Shown here one piece after another: positions 38,370 to 49,281 of a DNA stretch of 64,000 bases (position 1 is the stretch's first letter; each line of letters opens with the position of its first letter). The DNA comes from Octopus vulgaris (Eukaryota). A model generated the notes under the pieces. It had not been told where the DNA came from and did not search any database. It saw nothing but the letters and a program-made list of their open reading frames with translations. The stretch spans positions 53,320,001-53,384,000 of the forward strand of contig OX597826.1 in the NCBI GenBank assembly GCA_951406725.2, given 5' to 3'. The translations under genes were made by a program, and so were the position numbers.

Positions 38370-39095
38370 GTAAGTAATTTCTTTGTGTACGTCATATATA
38401 CATCGTTCTATCCACTTTTCAAATTTTGATTTCATTTTTTTTTTTTTTTTATTAAATACGATCTACTCGAACTGTGTATTGTGACCAGATAAAGAAAAAA
38501 ATATTCGAGCTGGAGTCGATCTTTGATTCTATTCGTTTGCCAGTTTCTTTTGCGAAAGAAATAATTACATCTTATTTAATAACTCACCAGAAACTGTGAT
38601 GTGATGCCAACTGGACTAGTACTCTACATTACAAGAAAATTTTTATTACTTCTATCCGAATCAAGGATTTTATCGAAGGCATTTTAAATATTACAGTATA
38701 GTATTTATTAATCACAACTTTAAAGTAAGACATTTACTTTTGGCAACAGCGAATAAAGATTAACAGATAATTCTCAACCTTTAACAGTCATGCACCAGTA
38801 ATTTGCCTTTCAACTAACATTTATATGTAAAAAAAAAAACAGTTTTCTAATAGAAAGCATATATTTTACGAACTTACTAAACATACTTTTCAATTCTGTT
38901 ATGTCTGGACTTTAGCGTTATAAAAGTTGCTAGCTTTTCTCAGGCTATTTTCCCCTCTTGTATTCTGCACAATAGACAAATAACTTCCAGTCCCTCATCC
39001 CATAGGAACAGTGTCAATTTCTGAACCCCTATTTGCGACGGTTCTCTAACCATCTGGGACCTTCTTTTATATATTTGTCCTTTTCTTCTTGACAG

Positions 39096-39305
39096 TTTCA
39101 TTCGTTAATGAAAAATAATTGTGGCATAGCCTCGTGTTGCAGCTGGGTGGAGCGGTTGACTCACCGTTGCCCTGTCCATGTGTCTTTCGAACACATGCCA
39201 CCCCAAACATCGGAGATGGAGAGGGAGGACTCTCTAGAAAATATTCAATGGGATACTGACGGAATTGATACCAACGAGCAAATAGTACAGGCCCAGATGA
39301 TGAGG
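39096..39305 (+). CDS. Candidate alternative (cassette) exon of the formin gene, 70 codons
   Basis: Long pyrimidine tract + gacAG, GTATGT donor, 210 bp, stop-free in phase 0, matching the phase-0 intron between exons C and D. No recognisable homology. Confidence 0.35.
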
Positions 39306-39379
39306 GTATGTTCGAGTGGTGTTTGGTTCTAAACATGCATGTAATGGGCTTTTTATTTGGTGTATTTTAAGAGCAGGGC

Positions 39380-39423
<44 letters not shown>

Positions 39424-39799
39424 ATGTGTATTTGTCTAAATATCTGGAGACGAAAATATAATGTAAAAAGGTGTATACATGTGAATATATTTGAGTATTA
39501 TATGTGTGTGTGTATATGTATATACGTGAATTTCTATATAAACGACTTTAAAATGTGTATGCATGTGAACACACGATCACACAGATGAAACTCCGTTATA
39601 ACGAGTATCAATATAACAACTTTTCACCACAACGAAACTTGATTGAATCCCTGGCATAATCCTATTAAATTAACGCTGAAAGAACTTCTTGTCGCCATAA
39701 TTCGACAACAACGAAAATCAAGATTTTTGGAACAACTGTAAAGCCAGTCTTAGAGTATCGTTGGAGCTCAGGTAAAACGACGATCAAGGATGTGATTAC

Positions 39800-40355
39800 C
39801 TGTACTGTGGCCATGCTAGGTCACTGTCTTGAAGGAATTTAGCCGAACGAATCACACCTCACCAGTATTCCCTTTTTTTAATCCCGATACTGATTGTATC
39901 GGTTTCTTTGTAGAACCATTAAGATATAGGGACGTAAACAAACCATCGGTCAAGCGGTAGTAGGGGACAAACACAAACGTACACTTATATATGACCAGCT
40001 TCAGTCTCTGCCTACCAAATCTACTCAAAAGGCTTTGGTCGGCCTGGGGCTGTAGAAGACATCTGCCCAAAATACCTACTTCTTTACTACACACAAGGGG
40101 CTAAACACAGAGGGGACAAACAAGGACAGACAAACGGATTAAGTTGATTACATCGACCTCAGTGCGTAACTGATACTTGTTTAATCGACCCCGAAAGGAT
40201 GAAAGGTAAAGTCGACCTCGGCGGAATTTGAACTCAGAACGTAACGGCAGACGAAATACCGCGTGCTAACGTTTCTGCCAGCTCGCCGCCATCAGAGGGA
40301 CTGAACCTGGAATCTTATAGCTGGGAAGCAAACTTCTTACCATACAGCCACGACT
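39800..40355 (-). mobile_element. Diverged group B SINE with a group C SINE (40075-40290) inside it
   Basis: Group B motifs on both sides of a group C copy, all on the minus strand. Confidence 0.8.
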
Positions 40356-41237
40356 GCTCTTTAACACATACGAGCGAGCTGCTGTATCAATATTCAGCCA
40401 TATCAAAGAAGTGCGCTAAGGTAGAACAGCGGTTTTGTCGTTGCGGTTTCGAGAATTCAAGAATGTATATTGTATGGTATTTGATATACCTGCATTTATC
40501 TATGTTGCTCATATACACGTCATTGGACACTCTGAGTTATCATTCTTCGCTCATTTTTATTTAAATTATGATAATGATAGATAGAAGGGCTACATACGAC
40601 TATATTAACCAATACGGACGTGATTTTGCATAAAATTTACATATTTTCAAATTTGATTCATTTGAATATCTAAAAAAAACATGTGATATTTACTGATAGA
40701 AACTTTTCGTCTTTACTAATGTGGTAAAACATGAATCTATTTAGACGAGATATTCACGGTTAGAAAAAAAAAACTCTGAGTCTAATAGAATTGATAGGAA
40801 ACTCGCTGTTAGTAATTACGTTAATGGTCACGTTTGGAAATTTTTATGGTGGCAGTCCTATGGTAGCGGTAAAAGGTTTATGGTTAAAATGGGTAATTAA
40901 GTTTGTTTTTGAGTATAGCAAGAATAAATGTATTTATATATTTTTATATCACATAGCGAAATATTTCTCACAAAGATTTATTCTATACACAGTCACTTTC
41001 GTTATAACGGAATCTTCCCTGTTATGTAAAATATACATGAACTTGTATATTTGTCGTGCATATATGGATATATAGATACGTGTGTGTCATATATATATAA
41101 TGTGTGCGTGTTAAATAAAATGAGACAACAAAGCCAAGGCTGAGCGGAATTTCCAGGACATTTATAAAGAGACAGTCTTACAGCTGTTTCTGGGATTTTA
41201 ACCATCTCACATCGCCGTTATAAGTCATTCCATCTGT

Positions 41238-41772
41238 TGAACATAGCGGAGTCGCTTGTTTACCGGGGCTAAGCCATTCCTTACGCTGCTTCATATTGAT
41301 GTACAGGCACCATTTTTCGTCGCCAGTAACAATTCGGTAAAGAAATTGTTGCTTGTGTCCATGAGTTGAGCGGTGATAAGCAAGCAAACCAGCGGAGATT
41401 GTGGCTCGTTGATTTTTTTTGTTGTCACTTAAAGCATGCAGAACCCATGCCCCATAATTCTGAACCTCTCCCATTGAGAGAATATAGCAGTGTGGGAGCA
41501 TTCCATTTTCTCTGCCAGTTCCCTTGTCATCTGACGAGAATTTTCGTGCAAAAGTTGGTTTATTTGCCCGTCAAAGAACTCAACTGAACGGCCAGAACGA
41601 GGTGCGTCTTTGAAGTAAAAATTTCCATTTTTGAACTTGGCATACCAATCACGAGCGATTCTCTCAGCTATGGCACCCTCTCCTTACATAGCACAAATGT
41701 CGCGAGCAGCTTTTGCGACCTCAAAACCTTGATTAAAAGCAAAGAGGTGTCGAAAGTGCTCGTTTTTCTTAA
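41238..41772 (-). mobile_element. Mariner (Mos1-like) transposase pseudogene fragment
   Basis: KKNEHFRHLF..AARDICA..GEGAI..DWYAKFKNG..DAPRSGR and FLYRIVTGDEKWCLY..KEWLSPGK, with stops and frameshifts. Confidence 0.88.
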
Positions 41773-41982
41773 CTTTTTCTTACATGCGTGTACAAGTTCG
41801 TGTGTGTGTGTGTGTGTGCAGATAAGCAAGTGCATATGTATGAATATGCATGTAAAATTGTATATATATATATATATATATATACACATACACACGAGGG
41901 GTGTATGAAAAGTCTTGAGCCTCAAAAAAAGAACAGAACTTGGCACGATACAAGATTTCAAGGTTCAAAACTTATACACTCC

Positions 41983-42042
<60 letters not shown>

Positions 42043-42069
42043 GAGAGAGTTTTTGTACTGTACAAATAT

Positions 42070-42104
42070 TGTATATTTAGAATAAGGTAGTCAGAATGTT
42101 AACG

Positions 42105-42160
<56 letters not shown>

Positions 42161-43055
42161 TTTATTTATATATTTTTAGCGCTTTCTTCCGTTATCGGAT
42201 TTATCAAAAAGTGGTTTTAGATTTCTTGGCCTTTTTATATATAATATTGCGGGGTCTGCCAAGCAAGAGAGAAGAAAAAAAATTTTTGAGAAGGAGGGGG
42301 AGGTAAAGAGGCATGGGTTCTGTATTGGTATGGTAAGATTTGTTTGTTTAGTACTTAGTAGCCTTTTAAGGTGGGGAAGGAAAAAATTTTTTGTATTTGA
42401 ATTGGTCAAGGTTTTAATTGAAAAACCAGATGTTGTTTTTGATTTTCTTCAGTAAAAATTATAATTGCATTTCCAGTCTTGTTCTTTTGTATTCATTAAA
42501 GAATAGTTGGATGGATGTGATCGACCATTAACGTAATTACTAACAGCGAGTTTCCTATCAACTCATTGCTGTGTGAGTGTATAGTGAACTCAAAAATCAC
42601 TCTTTCGAAAACAACTAGAATTTCAATCAAAAAAAGTTGACCACATCCATGCAACTATTCTCTAATGAATACAAAAGAACAAGACCTGGAAAAACAATTA
42701 TAATTTTTACTGAAGACAGTCAAACACAACATCTGGTTTTTCAATTAAAACCTTGACCAATTCAAATACGAAAATTCTTTTCCCTTCCCCACCTTAAAAG
42801 GCCACGAAGTACTAAACAAACAAGTCTGACCACACAAAAGCTACGCCTCTTTACCTCCCCTTCCTTCTCAAAAAAAAAAATGCTTTTCTTCTCTCCTGCT
42901 TGGCAAACCCCACAAAATTCTTTATATATAAAAAGGCCAAGAAATCTAACATTAAACCACTTTTTGATGAAATCTATAACGGAAGAAAGCGCTAAAAGAT
43001 GTAAATAAAAAATATATATAATCATCCAACATACTGATTTCCTTATTCTAAATAT
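42070..43055. mobile_element. Large imperfect inverted duplication, probable Penelope-like inverted terminal repeat structure
   Basis: About 42160-42522 is the reverse complement of about 42639-43012, and the match extends across the (TA)n to about 42070/43055. Each arm carries a decayed hammerhead-like UGAUGA..GAAAGCGC. The spacer matches 40790-40830 in reverse. Confidence 0.6.
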
Positions 43056-44285
43056 ATATATACACAAACTTTTACTAGTATATACGTATACACACATGCA
43101 CATGAATATATACATATATATGCATATCTATATTTTCGCGCGCGCACATGTATGTTTCTACATATATAAATATGTGTATGTATGTGTATATATCTATCTG
43201 TAAGTTTATATGTGTGGTATAGATAATATTTTACGCCCTTTACCATGCATGCGTGGGTTGGGAAGGTCATCTCCCATATAACATCCAGCTACTCCGTTGC
43301 AAACACATTTTATCCCCTTTCATTAGATCATGCATCGTAAGATACTCCATGATAACTTCTGTCCACATCTAACTCTTTCCTCCGCTTCTGCACCTTCCTG
43401 CCACCCTGATCACTATTTTACTTCTTTAACCAAATTTTATTCTCCATACACTACGCCTCACGTCCTCTTACCGGCGCAATTGGCTCTTTTTTTTTTACGT
43501 TACATGTCGTTCAGTGATTCTTGCTCACTAACATTAGGGTTTCGCACCTCCGTTTTGATGTTGCTGACTCGACGCTTACTTTTTTGACATTAGACGTTTT
43601 CATGTTTCTCTCGTCTCGTCTCGTCTCGTCTCGTCTCGTCTCTCTCTCTCTCTCTCTTTATTTGCCTAAGCATATCTCTGTTTATGTGCATGGAAAGAGC
43701 GAAAATGTTCATCTCATCATTCAATTAATAAATTGTAATCTCAATCTTTCTCACTCTCTCTCTCTTTTTCTCTTTCTCTCTTTCTCATTCTCTATCTCCT
43801 CTCTCCCTCTTTCTCCCTCTCACTCTTTCTTGTTCTAGAAACTATGTTTCCATGGTATCTACCTCCACCACTAATCAGCTTGCCCAGAGAAAAAACCTAA
43901 CAATTTCGTGTATGAAATTTTGCAAGCATTTCACGGAGATTATTGCTACTTACTACCCATTTGCATCTTTCACATACGAAGTTTTCCTTCATCTCTAACT
44001 TTGCATGTGATCCCACATTTCTTATTCACCCACAGTTAACACAGGGGTTCAGCGTAACGAATTCCTGCCAACTCTTTTGCATATCAAGCTTTATCAATTT
44101 CTTGGTGTAATAAGATTATTTGCTTTCCTGCTAATTGATACTTTTGTCTTTAGGTTTTGCTTCCACGTTTGCAATTCCTTCTCTAAATCTTTGATAAACT
44201 CATCTATGAAAAATCAAGCCATCGACAAACAAGTTCCTACGGACAACTAGTTTAAAACTTTTCTGTTATAGTCTATTGTAATATA

Positions 44286-44562
44286 CTAGCTGACCCCGTT
44301 CCGTCCAAAATGGATGGTAAATCAAATTAATACACTTGTCAATGTTCACATACATTCACATACTTCCCTTGTACACGCACACATATACACACACATATAC
44401 TCATACAAAGTTGAAACGCTGTTTGATTTTTCTTTTCAGCGTTGAATGTTAACCATCCCACCAATTTGCCATCACCCCTTCCCTCCTTATTCATGTATCA
44501 CCCCTTCCTTTCTCATTCATATGTTGTGACAGAGAAAAACACAAGAGTATCATTATAGTAGA
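44286..44562 (-). mobile_element. Non-autonomous Helitron-like element
   Basis: Minus strand A|TC...hairpin (ccgtcca-aaa-tggatgg, 44301-44317)...CTAG|T, no TSD. Confidence 0.65.
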
Positions 44563-45139
44563 TAACTATAATAAAGAGGAGGGTGCTAAGAACCAATTCT
44601 CGTGCATGTCTGCATGATTAATGCCGCTCTGAACTCTATCAACTCTTATCTTGCTGACGTCATCTTGTCACCATGGTTTACATGGGTCTCACAAGTTATT
44701 CAGCTACATTTAGTTTCCTTGAAGACCACTAGACAACAGGGTGTGGTACCCTGTCAAAAGCCTTTTCCATATGGACCCATGCCAGTTGTTGGGGGCCTTA
44801 CACACATTTAAGAAAGTTTCCTGTAATTACCTTACTAAGAAGAGGACATAAGTTGTATACCAGTCTGGCAGAAACCCAAACCGAATCTAATCTAGATTAA
44901 TTAGCTTACCAATCAGTTGTATTATAACCCTTTCGTATATTTTCATAGCTTGACCAATCGGTCTGATAACTTTCTATTGTGGTTGGGCATTTTCCTATAG
45001 TATCACCTATTCCTTCGTAGCAGTTGATGATACAGCAACACAAGTCATTTGGCGTGGGACCGCCCTGTGATATTTCAATGACTATGCGAGGGATTAGAGT
45101 ATACACTACTTCAGATATTTTTAGCATCACAGCGACTAT

Positions 45140-45640
45140 TCCTTATGGTCTAGCCGCCCTCCATATCTTCATACTTTAATCACCCTTTCAACCATATAAC
45201 TATTAACTTTAAAACTTGGCCCCACAATTGGCTATACTTAGGGTAGGAACTCTACTTACTATACATTTAACAAACTCTCGTTGTAACATGTCCAAGCATC
45301 TTCTCTTTAAATGTAAGGGTGCCACTCTCATTCCGAACATACTTCTCCACAAAGACATCTCAATTCAAATTGACACACTGGCACAGGCTTGCAATTTCAA
45401 AACAACCTCACCTTTTAAACCCATTCATCGTAGAATATTGGCAAACCTCTTACTTTCGGCTTACTTCTGTGCCATTTATTACTCATTTTAGTTTCTCTTT
45501 TAGCTTCCCCACTTACTACCGAATTCTTTTCACCCTGTCCTAAGAATCCAAAAGCTCTATTTGCTTTGACATTCCACCACCACGTCACTTTCCATCAGCT
45601 TAGAACTTTGCTCAAGACAACATTCTATCTATGGCCCACA
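45140..45640 (-). mobile_element. Degenerate RTE LINE fragment
   Basis: Minus-strand remnants include TWWWN and an RVAPLHL (VP.YK-like) segment. Heavily decayed. Confidence 0.45.
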
Positions 45641-46005
45641 GCATGATGTGGCATTCATAATTATCAGTCTATCTCGATTATTGATCTGTATGAACTTTGC
45701 CTTACGTGTTCACCAGATTGGTAGATAATCGGGTGGCTGGACAGCGTCCTGAAAAGACTTGCAAATGGCTAGGTCATGTATCACAAATCAGTTCTTGTAT
45801 CAATATACACCAAGGTAGCTATCATGGTAGTGTTACGAACGGGCCTTGTTGAACGAGTAAAACACACACACACGCATATATGTTTATTCTGTATATGTGT
45901 GCCTGTGTGCTTTTATATATGCGTGTGAATGTGTATATTAATACCTACGTTTGTGCTAATGTCTATGAGCTTGTATATATGTACTTGTGTGTATATTGTG
46001 CGTGT

Positions 46006-46292
46006 GAAGGCGCGTGGCTTAGTGGTTAGGAGTATTCAACCCACGATCGTAAAGTCGTGATTTAATTTCCCGGCGACTGGTTCTCCAGTCCACTCAGCTG
46101 CCAAAAATGAGTTGTACTTGTAATTCAAAGGGCCGGCCTTGCCACATTTGTGTCACGCTGACTCTCCCTGAGAACTAGGTTAAGGATATGTGTGTTTGTT
46201 GAGTGCTCGGCCACTTGCACGCTAATTTCACGAGTAGGCTGTTCTGTTGCTCGGGTCGACTAGAACCCTCGTCGTCATAAAGGACGGAGTGC
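46006..46292 (+). mobile_element. Older SINE related to the group A long-tail type
   Basis: Diverged tRNA-like head and the same gggccggcctt..gtgtcacgctga..gaaccctcgtcgtc tail. Confidence 0.75.
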
Positions 46293-47050
46293 CTGTTATA
46301 TTATACCTGTGAGTGATTTTTCATTCTTCTTGTGCTTGTACGGTATATCTTGTTATACTCTCCTGGCAATAAACAAAAATTTATGAGATTCGGACGGTGA
46401 ATAGGCGTATATAATGATTGTAAAAATTCTTCATATTGCTTGAAGGATGCAAGACTGCAACCTCTTCCCAAGTACTGTTCCAGTTTGCATCATCTTCCAA
46501 GAGGTCTATTCTACGGTAAGTTTTGTGGTATTTTACAGATATATCTAGCAACCGTTTTGAGATCCTACCAGGAGGTTAAAACCATGAACATTGTGCAGGA
46601 GATGTGTGATAAAAGAGAAAAAAGCACTCAAAGATGCAGTGGTCGGGGGTACGCAGTAGTTAACAATCTAATGATTCTTTGGATCTAAAGTGAGCGTTGC
46701 CAAGGATTGGTGTTCCTGCAATTTTGCTTGAAACATTTTTACCGAGTGTAATATCTGGGTATTTCATAGATGAGAAGATGTTTTGCAAAGGTATCACTTT
46801 TGCAGAATTCATAGATCGCAGTTAATTTGATCCTACATGGATGTCATATTTACTGTAACTTTCTTCCTCCACTCTCTCTACCTCTCTTTCGGCGAACTAA
46901 ATTGTTTCCTTGTTAAATGGCACCCCAAATGCATAATACTAGGGTGGCGCTCATGGACGAAAATCTTTCGGAATACACCTCACATTTTGTCAAAGTCGTC
47001 CCAAGTATCATGTAAGGAAGAAATAACATTTTTCGGCATATAGTTTATTA

Positions 47051-47218
47051 AAGACCAAAGAAAGCAAGTCAGTACAACAGTTGATTCTACATATGGCTCT
47101 GAGACGGAAGAGATCACCGGTTCTGGTTCAGGAAGCTATATATTTTCCAGTCACAAACCACTACATCCTCGTTCGACTTGGAAGAAATTTTGTTGAAACA
47201 TCATCTCCCAAATCAACT
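47051..47218 (+). pseudogene. Intronic duplicate of part of formin exon E (copy of 49419-49600)
   Basis: Near-identical sequence with a few substitutions, a +2 frameshift (agctatatattttcc vs aactataatttcc) and loss of 15 bp (cctgatcttccagaa). Confidence 0.9.
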
Positions 47219-48115
47219 ACGGTGGAACACGAAGTAGATAAAGCTATAAATAACAACATATATAATATTGCGTGTAGAATGAAAAAAAAAACCTTTCATA
47301 AATCAAACTCGGAACAGCCTCCGACTTTTTTCCCATCTAAAGGGTTTTCTTGGTATTCAATACGTTATTATTTATAACTTTAATTTCGAGTTTCACCATA
47401 AAAATGTAATTTATCCTTCAATTCTCTCCAAGTTTCAAAATTCTTGTAATGTAAACATTTTAAAATTTTTACTGGTGAGAACAAAGCTCCAATGGTGAAA
47501 CTTCGAAGCGTTGCTTTAGTATAACTATTAGTACACTTGTCATATCCACAGAAGATGTGGATTCGTATCCAACGGCCAGCCTTCGACGATTTTTCTACCC
47601 TAGGGGTTTTGAACCCAATATTCTGCATTCTATTTATAGCAATATCTACTTCGAGTCTCACGTTAAAAAGTAATTTACTTAAATTCTATCGATGTTTCGA
47701 AATTGTGTAATGTACTCCTAGTTTGTTATAGAATCATTTAAAATTATATTATATTTTCCTTTTTCCCTTGGACTGTTTTTTTTTTTTTTGCATTTGCTGT
47801 TAATTGTACATTTTAATATAAGAATTAAAAAGCTTAAACTAAATTAACATTAACCACTTTCCCCCATTTTTTGATCAGATGACTTCATAAGGGGTTTTAG
47901 TAATTGGTTGCCTTCGAATCCTAAACAGCATGGCATCAATTCTTATATGGTAACTGCCACACAAAACTAACCTAAACTAACATGTGCTTCTTTAAACGCA
48001 CAAAATATAACATTAAACTTTGCACCACTGGTTTAAACCACCGTTTTTGTTTTTTATTTATTTTACTACATCAAGAATATGTTTGCATGTTTCTTTCTTT
48101 GTTTTATGATTTCAG

Positions 48116-48195
48116 GTTCTGGGTACTCCACACGCTGAATCTTTTCTCAGCATTCTGAAGTCTCTCCAACAAATTGACCCTGAGAATGAAATCAG
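48116..48195 (+). CDS. INF2: INF2-like formin, coding exon D (DD region)
   Basis: Polypyrimidine + tttcAG, GTaagt donor. Reads VLGTPHAESFLSILKSLQQIDPENEI(S), containing the formin FLSIL..L motif. 80 bp, phase 0 to 2, in frame with both neighbours. Confidence 0.88.
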
Positions 48196-49281
48196 GTAAG
48201 TTGCTTGTCATTCGCGCTCAAGCCACAGTTATTTCTATGTTTGACACCGAATGTTTCTTTTATACGTTGACTATAGTTTATTGCTTACCTCACTAGAAGT
48301 GAAATGACTACTAGTATATTTGCTACTATTTATTGATTTGTGGGTTAAATTTGCCAGGGGACTTTCGTTGTATGTCTAGGGACATATCGAAACATCTGCC
48401 CTATTAATGAGCCGGTGATTACGCTGCTGTCTAGACTAGATATTTCGACTCCTGAGGAAATCAGCTATGATAGACTAACGTACTATCAAGACGTTATCTC
48501 TTTCTCTTAACACTGTAGAGATAGGAGTTCACTAGCTTCCTTAAGTTTCATAACGGATCTGACAGCTGTCTTCGAAATATCAGTGAAATTTTGATATTTT
48601 ATTTTTATGGATTTCATTCATGGTATATAATAAGAAAGAATACTATGTCTGACTCTACTTAAAACCAAAGATCGTTTATTAACATTTTGACGGCTAATAT
48701 TTTACTGGCTGTAACATCGTTGGTAAATATTTGCTCCTTACCCTACAGGCCGGATGTAGACAAGGTACTCCTGAACCCATGTCTGAGGTGGATACACATG
48801 CATTTCTCCCCAGCTGTCGAATATGGATACATAAGCTCCTCGTCCAAGAAATGGATGAAGAGCGTACGAGGGGGTGTTGAAATGTTCTTGGCTTTAAGGA
48901 TGTTGCGAAGGCCTTCTTGGGGGCCCAACTTATCGAGTTCTTTTACAGGGCTTAGAGAAAATGAAGGACCTCTGCAATAAGTGTATGAATCTGAGATGGG
49001 AATATGTTTAATAAAATTGTAATTTACTGATCCTCTTTTACCCAAAACCAAGAACTTTTCAGCACCTCGTCTGTTTCTCCCTTCAGTGGTTAGGTGTGAA
49101 CCAATACGCTCCTCGCCTTAAATGTAAAATGTGGGTCATACGCTGCCTACACCAGATGATGACGATAGATAGCTCTCTTTCCATGTAATGAGTTTAGTTT
49201 GGATATATTTCAGTAAATAATCTCTGTTGATTGCCCTCGTGTCTCTGTCTCAAAACAAAATATTTGTCTCCTCTTCTTCAG

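Noticed and set aside
48743-49051. 102-aa minus-strand ORF with an RGPSFSLSP motif faintly like Penelope ORFs
   Set aside because: Similarity too weak to support a call without a search.
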